Shown here: piece after piece, positions 1 to 8,133 of the stretch | How the letters are laid out: each line of letters begins with the position of its first letter | Position numbering within the stretch: the first letter of the stretch is position 1 | Origin: a virus | Taxonomy: Duplodnaviria; Heunggongvirae; Uroviricota; Caudoviricetes | IMG/VR virus record: IMGVR_UViG_2690316195_000001 | Location: 1-41,470 of that record | Direction: 5' to 3' (one strand) | Length of the DNA: 41,470 nucleotides | The notes under the pieces: model-generated | Told to the model about the DNA's origin: nothing | Seen by the model: only the letters and a program-made list of their open reading frames with translations | Database searches by the model: none | Made by a program: the position numbers and the translations under genes

Positions 1-1248
1 ATGGCACTGAATATTCCATTCAGAAATGCGTACTATCGTTTTGCATCCAGTTACTCATTTCTCTTTTTTATTTCCTGGTCGCTGTGGTGGTCGTTATACG
101 CTATTTGGCTGAAAGGACATCTAGGGTTGACAGGGACGGAATTAGGTACACTTTATTCGGTCAACCAGTTTACCAGCATTCTATTTATGATGTTCTACGG
201 CATCGTTCAGGATAAACTCGGTCTGAAGAAACCGCTCATCTGGTGTATGAGTTTCATCCTGGTCTTGACCGGACCGTTTATGATTTACGTTTATGAACCG
301 TTACTGCAAAGCAATTTTTCTGTAGGTCTAATTCTGGGGGCGCTATTTTTTGGCTTGGGGTATCTGGCGGGATGCGGTTTGCTTGATAGCTTCACCGAAA
401 AAATGGCGCGAAATTTTCATTTCGAATATGGAACAGCGCGCGCCTGGGGATCTTTTGGCTATGCTATTGGCGCGTTCTTTGCCGGCATATTTTTTAGTAT
501 CAGTCCCCATATCAACTTCTGGTTGGTCTCGCTATTTGGCGCTGTATTTATGATGATCAACATGCGTTTTAAAGATAAGGATCACCAGTGCGTAGCGGCA
601 GATGCGGGAGGGGTAAAAAAAGAGGATTTTATCGCAGTTTTCAAGGATCGAAACTTCTGGGTTTTCGTCATATTTATTGTGGGGACGTGGTCTTTCTATA
701 ACATTTTTGATCAACAACTTTTTCCTGTCTTTTATTCAGGTTTATTCGAATCACACGATGTAGGAACGCGCCTGTATGGTTATCTCAACTCATTCCAGGT
801 GGTACTCGAAGCGCTGTGCATGGCGATTATTCCTTTCTTTGTGAATCGGGTAGGGCCAAAAAATGCATTACTTATCGGAGTTGTGATTATGGCGTTGCGT
901 ATCCTTTCCTGCGCGCTGTTCGTTAACCCCTGGATTATTTCATTAGTGAAGTTGTTACATGCCATTGAGGTTCCACTTTGTGTCATATCCGTCTTCAAAT
1001 ACAGCGTGGCAAACTTTGATAAGCGCCTGTCGTCGACGATCTTTCTGATTGGTTTTCAAATTGCCAGTTCGCTTGGGATTGTGCTGCTTTCAACGCCGAC
1101 TGGGATACTCTTTGACCACGCAGGCTACCAGACAGTTTTCTTCGCAATTTCGGGTATTGTCTGCCTGATGTTGCTATTTGGCATTTTCTTCTTGAGTAAA
1201 AAACGCGAGCAAATAGTTATGGAAACGCCTGTACCTTCAGCAATATAG
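1..1248 (+). CDS. cscB: Sucrose:H+ symporter, LacY-family MFS permease (host gene, outside prophage)
   Basis: 415-aa ORF from the track, hydrophobic multi-TM composition, clear LacY-family character; N-terminus MALNIPFRNAYYRF matches CscB as I recall it. Internal ORFs on other frames treated as spurious. Confidence 0.8.
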   Translation: MALNIPFRNAYYRFASSYSFLFFISWSLWWSLYAIWLKGHLGLTGTELGTLYSVNQFTSILFMMFYGIVQDKLGLKKPLIWCMSFILVLTGPFMIYVYEPLLQSNFSVGLILGALFFGLGYLAGCGLLDSFTEKMARNFHFEYGTARAWGSFGYAIGAFFAGIFFSISPHINFWLVSLFGAVFMMINMRFKDKDHQCVAADAGGVKKEDFIAVFKDRNFWVFVIFIVGTWSFYNIFDQQLFPVFYSGLFESHDVGTRLYGYLNSFQVVLEALCMAIIPFFVNRVGPKNALLIGVVIMALRILSCALFVNPWIISLVKLLHAIEVPLCVISVFKYSVANFDKRLSSTIFLIGFQIASSLGIVLLSTPTGILFDHAGYQTVFFAISGIVCLMLLFGIFFLSKKREQIVMETPVPSAI

Positions 1249-1689
1249 ACGTAAACTTTTTCCGGTTGTTGTCGATAGCTCTATATCCCTCAACCGGAAA
1301 ATAATAATAGTAAAATGCTTAGCCCTGCTAATAATCGCCTAATCCAAACGCCTCATTCATGTTCTGGTACAGTCGCTCAAATGTACTTCAGATGCGCGGT
1401 TCGCTGATTTCCAGGACATTGTCGTCATTCAGTGACCTGTCCCGTGTATCACGGTCCTGCGAATTCATCAAGGAATGCATTGCGGAGTGAAGTATCGAGT
1501 CACGCCATATTTCGCTATCAGGATTCTGTGTGATGGTTACATCGCCCGGCCCAGGGCTGTTTAGTCATCAGCGCTTTCTGACAGTGCTGAGATTTCAACC
1601 TGTTGCAGTAAAAATGAGTAGATATAAGGCAAGTGTGCTGCCAAACCCATCTTTTACGGGGTGAAGGTAGATTTCGTTTGAAGGGTATC

Positions 1690-1704
1690 TGGTGTCCCCT
1701 GCAG
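1690..1704. other. Probable prophage-host junction core (attR): TGGTGTCCCCTGCAG, reverse complement of a tRNA 3' end ending in CCA
   Basis: 15-nt string matches the 3' terminus of tRNA-Arg (argW) as recalled; sits between host cscB and the first prophage gene, on the end opposite the integrase. Confidence 0.55.
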
Positions 1705-1777
1705 ACATCTACTTGAGGCGGCAGGGGATTGATTGGAATGGTGTTTTTTAGATGTGAAAAATATTTTACCCGCTATT

Positions 1778-1978
1778 TTACCCATTGGCGCGGCTTAAGA
1801 GCTTATTTTTGAATTCACAATGGTCACGATATAACCATCTTGCTCGCCCGTGGATAACTTTGGCTTTTGGCAGGTCGCCGGACTTAATCCGGTCGTAGAT
1901 GAAGGTTTTACCAAAGCCAGTATCAGCCATGATGAATTTCAAATCAACTAGTGAATCAGGCTGTAGTTCGTGTTGCAT
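1778..1978 (-). CDS. torI: Excisionase / recombination directionality factor, AlpA/TorI family (66 aa)
   Basis: Small winged-helix-like protein (MADTGFGKTFIYDRIKSGDLP...GRARWLYRDHCEF) typical of AlpA/TorI regulators of P4-type integrases; terminal position matches torI in E. coli K-12 KplE1/CPS-53. Confidence 0.7.
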   Translation of the reverse strand: MQHELQPDSLVDLKFIMADTGFGKTFIYDRIKSGDLPKAKVIHGRARWLYRDHCEFKNKLLSRANG

Positions 1979-2022
1979 GAGTGCTATCTCCGAATAGGGA
2001 ATCGAACCTGCAAATCAGGTAA

Positions 2023-2043
2023 TAAAAAACCGCCATCAGGCGG
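2023..2043 (-). terminator. Rho-independent terminator ending the leftward early operon
   Basis: Stem CCGCC/GGCGG (2030-2034/2039-2043), 4-nt loop, plus-strand A-tract 2024-2029 giving a T-tract on the minus strand; stop codon of ORF 2036..2218 lies in the loop. Confidence 0.5.
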
Positions 2044-2218
2044 CTTGGTGTTCTTTCAGTTCTTCAATTCGAATATTGGTTACGTCTGCATGCGCTATCT
2101 GCGCCCACAGCATCCAGTGGTCATAGCAGTCGTTGATGTTCTCCGCTTCGATAACTCTGTTGAATGGCTCTCCATTCCATTCACCTGTGACTCGGAAGTG
2201 CATTCGTGATTTCTCCAA
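2036..2218 (-). CDS. Hypothetical small phage protein (60 aa)
   Basis: Track ORF at the distal end of the early-left operon, same strand as neighbours; no recognisable family. Confidence 0.4.
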   Translation of the reverse strand: MEKSRMHFRVTGEWNGEPFNRVIEAENINDCYDHWMLWAQIAHADVTNIRIEELKEHQAA

Positions 2219-2238
2219 AAGATGCTTGAGTGCGCTTC

Positions 2239-2550
2239 TTATTCGATTCGCACACCTGGTATTTCGCCTTTTGAAATGGCTAAGTCATAAATTTGCGCAG
2301 CACTATACCCATCTCGCATCCATGAATCTAAGGCGCGAATAGCCTCGCTACGCTTTTTATCTTCTCTTTCATTTTTGATATCAACGAGGACATCAACGCA
2401 ATTAAGGCATATGTGGATTTTGTCCTTACATTCGATCATGGCGGCTTTACCATGATTTCCTCCACACAGTGAGCATAAATCTTCAGGGTCTGTCTGGTAT
2501 TTCTGTAACGTTAAAGGGTTGAATGTTGAACAGGCCATAATCATCTCCAT
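2239..2550 (-). CDS. Hypothetical Cys-rich protein, possible zinc finger (start may be the third ATG at 2538)
   Basis: Track ORF with CxxC...CxxC spacing (CSLCGG, CLNC); GGAG lies 6 nt upstream of the ATG at 2538. Confidence 0.5.
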   Translation of the reverse strand: MEMIMACSTFNPLTLQKYQTDPEDLCSLCGGNHGKAAMIECKDKIHICLNCVDVLVDIKNEREDKKRSEAIRALDSWMRDGYSAAQIYDLAISKGEIPGVRIE

Positions 2551-2609
2551 AAAACAAAACTCGCCGTAGCGAGTTCAGATAAAAGAAATCCCCGCGAATG
2601 CGAGGATTG

Positions 2610-2894
2610 TTATTCAGTGCCGATATTCACCTTTATCGCGAACACCTTTACCGGTTTATCGCCGAAGTGGGGATGTGTGATTGTCTTGATTTCATATCCG
2701 TCATACGGAATATCAATTCTGCGGCTGGAATCGTCGCGCTTCGGATATCCCTTTGTGATAATCAGACGGTCATACTTTCGGAACATAATTCGCTTATTCC
2801 AATAGTCATTACACAGGCGATACTCTTCCGTTTTCTCTCCGCGAATCATGGCATCGAAGTATTCACCTTTAACGGCAAGTTGCAGGTTAGCCAC
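2610..2894 (-). CDS. Hypothetical protein, ASCH/DUF3850-like
   Basis: 94-aa ORF in operon context; N-terminal motif (KGEYFDAMIRGEKTEEYR) resembles ASCH-like small proteins; family call tentative. Confidence 0.45.
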   Translation of the reverse strand: MANLQLAVKGEYFDAMIRGEKTEEYRLCNDYWNKRIMFRKYDRLIITKGYPKRDDSSRRIDIPYDGYEIKTITHPHFGDKPVKVFAIKVNIGTE

Positions 2895-3438
2895 GGTTAA
2901 CCTCCTGCGGCGGCTCCGGTAGCGGCATCCAGTGAGTTATTTCATCGGCAAAGATATCTGAGTTAAGTTCCGTCCAACTATTCCAATACCCAGATTCATC
3001 CCACCATTTAACCTCGACATGCTCGCCGTCGGTCACTAACACATCAGCATACCCTTTCGGCATTCGCTCACTACAGCTTATCCAAGCATCCGGAGTTACC
3101 GGAGAGTTGCCATTTACATCGAAGTTTGGCTCTGCGTCCTGAACCAGGAGGATGTAACCATTCTTGGCAGTATCAAGTTCTAACGCTTCGGTGACGGTGC
3201 CGAAATAGCGATTACCTAAATCAGCATCACAAGTGCTTACATCAATGGAAACTTCCATGCCTTCGATCAATTCTGGCAAGTTGTAAGTTTGGCTTACAGG
3301 TTCGGCTTCCAGTGAGGCTAACGCAATCCGTGCCAGTTCTTCCGCTTCTTCTGCTGGCAGTACAACGTTGCTACCCGGTCCGTATGTTTCGCGCCACTGC
3401 TTGATTGTCAGCAGTCGCTCTTTGGTCATAGTGGTCAT
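2887..3438 (-). CDS. DUF551-domain phage protein (start trimmed to MTTMTKERLL)
   Basis: C-terminal ...ITHWMPLPEPPQ signature of DUF551; AAGGAGAG RBS upstream of the ATG at 3438; the 5' part of the track ORF overlaps the upstream gene. Confidence 0.65.
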   Translation of the reverse strand: MTTMTKERLLTIKQWRETYGPGSNVVLPAEEAEELARIALASLEAEPVSQTYNLPELIEGMEVSIDVSTCDADLGNRYFGTVTEALELDTAKNGYILLVQDAEPNFDVNGNSPVTPDAWISCSERMPKGYADVLVTDGEHVEVKWWDESGYWNSWTELNSDIFADEITHWMPLPEPPQEVNRG

Positions 3439-3439
3439 A

Positions 3440-3946
3440 TCACTCTCCTTTGATGCGAACGCCAGCGACGCGTGGCACATTAACTTCCACAATGCGCACA
3501 GTTGGTTTGTACATCTCAATTGCTGTCAGCCAGTCAGCGCCGGTCATGCGCTTTTCTGCATCGCCATTAGTCCACTTAACCGGCACACCAATAGCCTTCA
3601 TCGCGATTTCTATTTCCCCGGCAATGGCGCTTTTTCCGCAACCAGTAAAACCAGATACAACGACAAGAACTTCGCCTTTGGCTGGTTTTATTTCCCGTGC
3701 TTCCAGTTCTGCAATGCGCTTTTTTGCTGCTTCCAGTTCATCCAGTAATGCCAGCACAGCAGCCGGATTGGCTGCTGCTATGAATCGCTTATTGGCGCGC
3801 TTATCTGGTCCTGCGCATAATGCTATGTAGTAATTGCCATTCAGTCCGGCATCAGCAATTACCCCATAGTAGTCATCAGTACACCATTCGCCTGGTGTTG
3901 CATTTTCTGCCGCCATTCGCAGTGCCTGGTAATTAATTTCGCTCAC
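3440..3946 (-). CDS. Ead/Ea22-like protein (GTG start)
   Basis: N-terminal VSEINYQALRMAAENATPGEW and coiled-coil segment typical of Ea22-like proteins; GGGGAGG RBS 5-6 nt upstream of the GTG at 3944-3946. Confidence 0.65.
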   Translation of the reverse strand: MSEINYQALRMAAENATPGEWCTDDYYGVIADAGLNGNYYIALCAGPDKRANKRFIAAANPAAVLALLDELEAAKKRIAELEAREIKPAKGEVLVVVSGFTGCGKSAIAGEIEIAMKAIGVPVKWTNGDAEKRMTGADWLTAIEMYKPTVRIVEVNVPRVAGVRIKGE

Positions 3947-4199
3947 TGGTTGCCTCCCCTTCCCACGTTTTAATGCTTTCACCACAGAACGGGCAAAATG
4001 AAACTCGAATCGGTAATTTAGAAAATTCACCTGACCGCAGCATGATCAAGTCTTGTGAGTGAATTAATTCATTGTTATAGATTTTGTATTTCAGCAGACC
4101 TTTTCGCGTCGTGTATTCAGCATCATGCTCAAGGGACCTTGCCAGTGCCGCACACGGCTCTATCTGATTGCCATAAACCTGGCATTTTGATTCGCTCAT
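3933..4199 (-). CDS. Hypothetical small protein with zinc-ribbon-like Cys pairs
   Basis: 88-aa track ORF, operon context, C..C and CPFC motifs; overlaps the downstream gene by 14 nt. Confidence 0.45.
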   Translation of the reverse strand: MSESKCQVYGNQIEPCAALARSLEHDAEYTTRKGLLKYKIYNNELIHSQDLIMLRSGEFSKLPIRVSFCPFCGESIKTWEGEATSERN

Positions 4200-4402
4200 T
4201 GCTTGAATCCCTCCCGAAGCTGTTCTGCACAGTGCAGCAGCGCATCAGTCGCTTCTTTCACCGTAACGAGATCGCCATCGTCCAGTCCTGCAATTTTTGC
4301 GTGCCTGACAAACGCCGCGCAAAGGTCGTTAAACGCCCCAGCCCGCACATCCGCCAAGAAAGCGTTAGCAGCAGCCAATTCCTGATAGTCAATCTTGCTC
4401 AC
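4196..4402 (-). CDS. Ea22-like N-terminal-domain paralogue (68 aa, GTG start)
   Basis: Starts [15 protein letters not shown], paralogous to the N-terminus of the 3440..3946 protein, with the same 17-nt start/RBS region (gctcactggttgcctcc). Confidence 0.5.
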   Translation of the reverse strand: MSKIDYQELAAANAFLADVRAGAFNDLCAAFVRHAKIAGLDDGDLVTVKEATDALLHCAEQLREGFKQ

Positions 4403-4562
4403 TGGTTGCCTCCTTTGCGCCACATCGCATTCAGATATTTGTTTTGATTCACTGACGGAAAAGAATTTCTCTTAAGCAATTCCTCTCTCGATGGCATTGG
4501 CTTTACGCGTTGGCGAATAATCATTTCTGCCGGAAGAATGCCGGGATTGTATGCAAGTCCTC

Positions 4563-4853
4563 TCATGATTTACTCTCAACGAACTGGTCAATAGCCATGC
4601 TAAGTGACACACCTAATGTCTCGATGTGCTGCTGAATATCCTGTAGCGTCTGCGCCTGAGATAACAGGATTTCACGGTTGCATAACTCTTTAACCAGATG
4701 CTCAAACTTGCTGTAATAACCGATACGGCTTAGTGTTTCTTTCCCTGCATTCTCACCTTCTTTGATAATTCCTCTTTCGCTAAGAATCAGGTCGTGTTTG
4801 GTTCCGGTAATAACGTATTTGCCGAGGTCGATGTTTAGCTTCATTGTTTTCAT
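4563..4853 (-). CDS. Conserved hypothetical phage protein (96 aa)
   Basis: Track ORF trimmed to [17 protein letters not shown] with GAGGAA RBS upstream; operon context. Confidence 0.55.
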   Translation of the reverse strand: MKTMKLNIDLGKYVITGTKHDLILSERGIIKEGENAGKETLSRIGYYSKFEHLVKELCNREILLSQAQTLQDIQQHIETLGVSLSMAIDQFVESKS

Positions 4854-4863
4854 TGTTAATTCC

Positions 4864-5160
4864 TCAGTCATTACTGATAGCGCCATAACGTGAGCGGTAA
4901 TTACGCAGGCGCGGGTCGATATATTCAGGGAAGTGGGTATATGTGGCTTTACGGAATGGTCGGATTGATGTCTGGTAAATTCGCTCGCGTTCTTCTTTCT
5001 CTGCAAGCCATATACAGTGGCGAAATTCCTTTTCCTCTTTCGTTTCCTGCGGTAGTGACATTATCCGATCGTAGTTTTTTCTGAATTTATCCAGCACCTC
5101 CGATACGGAATTGCCGGAACAGCGGCGCGGGTCATCCGCACCATACAGAGGCGCTGGCAT
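4864..5160 (-). CDS. Hypothetical phage protein (98 aa)
   Basis: Track ORF with AAGGA RBS, tight operon spacing. Confidence 0.5.
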   Translation of the reverse strand: MPAPLYGADDPRRCSGNSVSEVLDKFRKNYDRIMSLPQETKEEKEFRHCIWLAEKEERERIYQTSIRPFRKATYTHFPEYIDPRLRNYRSRYGAISND

Positions 5161-5183
5161 GATTAAATCCTTATTTTTCTGAA

Positions 5184-5567
5184 TCAGAATGGGATGGAAT
5201 CGTCGTATACAGGAGTGTTCTGCTGGTTACTACTTTGCTGCTGCGGGCCATTTCCTGAAGCTGCAAATCCAATCTTTGCATTCAGTAATTCAAGAGTGAT
5301 TGATTGACCATTTTGCCCCTGATAAACATCAACCCTGATGTTTTCTCCGGTAATTTCTACAATGCCACCTTCAACAAGAACACTACGGTAGTAATCCGCT
5401 TGCTCTCCCGGCTTGGCAAATACAACGGCGCTGTAGTTTGTCCATTCTTTCTTTTTTGTCTGGCGATCGTAATACTGAACGCCAGCACGGATGTTGAATC
5501 CGATATTTTCCCCGGCCTGAAACTCTCTTGCGGGCTTGTTTAGTCTTACAGTAATAGAATGTGCCAT
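5184..5567 (-). CDS. Single-stranded DNA-binding protein-like, with SSB-type acidic C-terminal tip
   Basis: 127 aa from MAHSITV; ends ...VYDDSIPF resembling the E. coli SSB tip DDDIPF; immediately downstream of erf with a 1-nt TAATG start/stop overlap. Confidence 0.65.
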   Translation of the reverse strand: MAHSITVRLNKPAREFQAGENIGFNIRAGVQYYDRQTKKKEWTNYSAVVFAKPGEQADYYRSVLVEGGIVEITGENIRVDVYQGQNGQSITLELLNAKIGFAASGNGPQQQSSNQQNTPVYDDSIPF

Positions 5568-6172
5568 TAAGCAGCAGCTCCTTCTAATTCGTCTCGTCTG
5601 ATGTTGTAAACGTCCTGCGCTTTGTGCTGCTCCGGTGTGCCTTCGAGCATCTTCCACGCTTTGGCGAACGCCTGTTTAAGCTCTTCTACGGTGTTTTTCT
5701 GCAATGCTGCGTCAGTGAATGCTTTTAGAACCTGTTCAGGTGTAGGTGATGGTTTTGATTGCTTTGCTGCTGCGTTCTGCTGATGTTTATGCTCGTCTGT
5801 ATCTGCATCTTTCGCATCATCAATGCCGAACAAACCATTGAGGCAATACTTGCGTGCATAAGAGCTTGTAGCTCCCGTAACTTGTGCAGAATCCATTCCT
5901 TTCTTGCTTTCTTCCTCTCGTGCAAGAGCGGTTGCTGTATGACTGTTTTCGCCATCAGTAATAGTTGCCGTTGCTTTCACGTAATACCGATCACCAATCA
6001 ACACAACTTCATCGCTGATTGATAAAAACAGACCATTCAGTAACGGCTTAACGCCTTCAAGAATATCTTCGCAGCTTCTGTATTTATATTTGCCGAATGA
6101 GTTGTACTGATTCTTTGGCGCGTTCAGATTCTCCTGAATAGCTGCCAGTCTTGCGTAAAATTCTTTGCTCAT
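5567..6172 (-). CDS. erf: Erf-family single-strand annealing recombinase
   Basis: MSKEFYARLAAIQENLNAPKNQYNSFGKYKYRSCEDILEG... matches P22 Erf as recalled; start trimmed from the track ORF to the MSKEFY ATG. Confidence 0.9.
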   Translation of the reverse strand: MSKEFYARLAAIQENLNAPKNQYNSFGKYKYRSCEDILEGVKPLLNGLFLSISDEVVLIGDRYYVKATATITDGENSHTATALAREEESKKGMDSAQVTGATSSYARKYCLNGLFGIDDAKDADTDEHKHQQNAAAKQSKPSPTPEQVLKAFTDAALQKNTVEELKQAFAKAWKMLEGTPEQHKAQDVYNIRRDELEGAAA

Positions 6173-6273
6173 ATGATTGTTCTCAGAATGGACACGGCCC
6201 AAGGAAATAACGCTGATTTAATACTTCGACTCGGGACAAGTTAAGGCATACCCGCATTCCTTCGCGGTCGCCA

Positions 6274-6432
6274 TTATGGCGATACCAGAGAGCTTTCTGT
6301 GTGTACATGCGTCTCTGTAACTTGCTCTCCTTCACTGTGGTTGCAAGTGACATGAATATCTCCTTCGTTACCGATTAAATCTTTCATCTGACGAATGAAT
6401 TCTTCGTCTGACCAGTTATCTGTAAAACTCAT
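6274..6432 (-). CDS. Small hypothetical protein (52 aa) in the kil position
   Basis: ATGA start/stop overlap with the upstream cIII-like gene; no family recognised; positional analogy only. Confidence 0.35.
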   Translation of the reverse strand: MSFTDNWSDEEFIRQMKDLIGNEGDIHVTCNHSEGEQVTETHVHTESSLVSP

Positions 6433-6599
6433 GGACGGCCTTGTTGTTTCAAAATATCCCAAAGCTTTTCGAGCAAACTTTTCATTCTTGGTTGTTTAAA
6501 GTCTGCTCCGGTTAAAATGTTTTTTCGTGAATGCTGCACCGATAAAATTGGGTTGAAAGGGCGAACCGATGCCGCCCCTGCAATAGCGAACTGTTGCAT
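6429..6599 (-). CDS. cIII: CIII-like protein (FtsH inhibitor, stabilises CII)
   Basis: 56 aa, MQQFAIAG...LEKLWDILKQQGRP resembles lambda CIII (MQYAIAGW...DILNQPGVP); GAAGGAG RBS. Confidence 0.7.
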   Translation of the reverse strand: MQQFAIAGAASVRPFNPILSVQHSRKNILTGADFKQPRMKSLLEKLWDILKQQGRP

Positions 6600-6662
6600 A
6601 GGATGCTCCTTCTGTTTGATTGCATAACGAAAACGCCTCGAGTGAAGCGTTATTGGTATGCA

Positions 6663-6689
6663 TATAAAAAGGCCCTCACACTGGAGGGC
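6663..6689 (-). terminator. Rho-independent terminator (tL-like) between the AT-rich island and cIII
   Basis: Stem GCCCTC/GAGGGC with 6-nt loop; plus-strand A-tract 6666-6670 gives a T-tract on the minus strand. Confidence 0.5.
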
Positions 6690-6793
6690 AAAGAAGATTT
6701 CCAATAATCAGAACAAGTCGGCTCCTGTTTAGTTACGAGCGACATTGCTCCGTGTATTCACTCGTTGGAATGAATACACAGTGCTTATTCGTA

Positions 6794-7264
6794 CTAATAA
6801 AACACCCAGTTTTCTGTTTCTTGGTTGTGTCCAAAGTTATATTCAATATCTGGTGTTGATGTATCAATATTCTTCATCCCATCAACAAGAGTTGATACAA
6901 CAGCCAAATCTTGTTTGATTCTCATTAAATGGTATTTCTTCCGGCGCAATAAACTTTCAATGGCAAGTTTCTTCGTTGGGAATGCAAAAGATCTTTCTGC
7001 ATTTTTTGCTACTTTCTTAATTGCATATCTATTTCTCTTTTGTTTCCATTCCTGTAACCACTGATTTGGTGCTGGTTTAAAATTAACAATCCAATGCGCA
7101 GGAACCAACCATGCATAATGCTCTGTCTGATGAAAAGCTATATATTGAAGTGCGAATATTTTGATTCCATCTTCTTCAACTGTCGCCTGGAATCTCCAGA
7201 AAACAGGCATTCCATCATGTTCAGTTTCTGATTCAGGAAAAGGTACGCTCCATGATTTTGTCAT
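6794..7264 (-). CDS. Hypothetical protein (156 aa), AT-rich island gene A
   Basis: Track ORF with GAGGTGAG RBS; strongly AT-rich relative to flanks; no recognisable domain. Confidence 0.6.
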   Translation of the reverse strand: MTKSWSVPFPESETEHDGMPVFWRFQATVEEDGIKIFALQYIAFHQTEHYAWLVPAHWIVNFKPAPNQWLQEWKQKRNRYAIKKVAKNAERSFAFPTKKLAIESLLRRKKYHLMRIKQDLAVVSTLVDGMKNIDTSTPDIEYNFGHNQETENWVFY

Positions 7265-7312
7265 ATCTCACCTCAAATAATTCAGTGCAGTGTTTATTCT
7301 GTTGTTAGTGCC

Positions 7313-7338
7313 AAAAATAAAGGCCGACTATGCGGCCT
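7313..7338 (-). terminator. Rho-independent terminator between island genes B and A
   Basis: Stem AGGCCG/CGGCCT (7321-7326/7333-7338), loop ACTATG, adjacent plus-strand A-tract 7313-7320; stop codon of gene B sits in the loop. Confidence 0.5.
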
Positions 7339-7951
7339 CGGAAGGAAGTCCAATCATCTTATTCAAATCTTCTACCCGTAAAGCAGGAAGTGCTGTACTT
7401 GCTTTATCTGCTTCTTTTGGTAGCAATTCTTTGCTTTCAGGCCAAACTTCAATAAGTCGCTTAACTGTTGTGACTGAGTTCAAAGCAGCCCATACATTTG
7501 ATTCGATATCCTTTTTCTTGGCTTCAAGTTTTTGTTGCAATGCGCAGATTTCATCAAACCTTTTTGTTATTTCGTGTTCTGCGCTAAACATGCATTTATC
7601 TTCGTTCGGAGTAGGGAGCAATATATCTTCGCCGTTGCCGTCTTTCCCATATGAAAGCCATCCAACCCTTCTGCCAGATACAGTAAGATAAATTGAAGTA
7701 GAACGAACATCGTATGAGTAAAATGAACATCCCATCTTTCCAAGTTCTTCACTTATAGCTACCAACTTGGATGATAACTGATCCACTTCCTCAGTTTTCT
7801 TTTTACCGCCAAACGCAATAACTCTGGCGTCAAGTGCAAGCTGGTTCTTTAACTTTGTTACTTCTTCAAGTTCAGTGAAAACCCCAGACTTAATTAAAGC
7901 GTTACGAGCGATTTCCTCTTTCATTCTCGTAGTTAAGCGGATTGATGACAT
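7328..7951 (-). CDS. Hypothetical protein (207 aa), AT-rich island gene B
   Basis: Track ORF trimmed to MSSIRLTT with GAGAGGA RBS; AT-rich; predicted coiled-coil segments; no recognisable domain. Confidence 0.6.
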   Translation of the reverse strand: MSSIRLTTRMKEEIARNALIKSGVFTELEEVTKLKNQLALDARVIAFGGKKKTEEVDQLSSKLVAISEELGKMGCSFYSYDVRSTSIYLTVSGRRVGWLSYGKDGNGEDILLPTPNEDKCMFSAEHEITKRFDEICALQQKLEAKKKDIESNVWAALNSVTTVKRLIEVWPESKELLPKEADKASTALPALRVEDLNKMIGLPSEAA

Positions 7952-8133
7952 ATTAATTCCTCTCAAATAAGTGGTTTGCTGCCTAATTTCATTTTCTGGC
8001 GGCCTGAGCATGCCACACCCATTTCACTGCGTGGCTTGCGGTAGTAAAGATTGTGCCTGTCTTTTAACCACATCAGGCTCGGTGGTTCTCGTGTACCCCT
8101 ACAGCGAGAAAAATAGTAAAATCCTCTCACCCC

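Noticed and set aside
350-998. Track ORFs 350..553 (+), 532..717 (-) and 780..998 (-) inside the permease gene
   Set aside because: Fully nested within or antisense to the 415-aa LacY-family ORF, with no RBS or family signal; treated as frame artefacts.
1380-1690. Possible pseudogene or remnant between the permease gene and the att core
   Set aside because: No convincing reading frame or recognisable protein fragment by eye; left unannotated rather than guessed.
1998-2013. Possible intact tRNA gene at the prophage left end
   Set aside because: Only a 16-nt T-arm-like fragment and a separate 15-nt 3'-end fragment are present; no complete cloverleaf can be assembled, so no tRNA gene is called inside the window.
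1970-2342. Plus-strand ORFs 1970..2209 and 2133..2342
   Set aside because: Antisense to the minus-strand early operon and overlapping its terminator; no RBS; the minus-strand genes fit operon organisation better.
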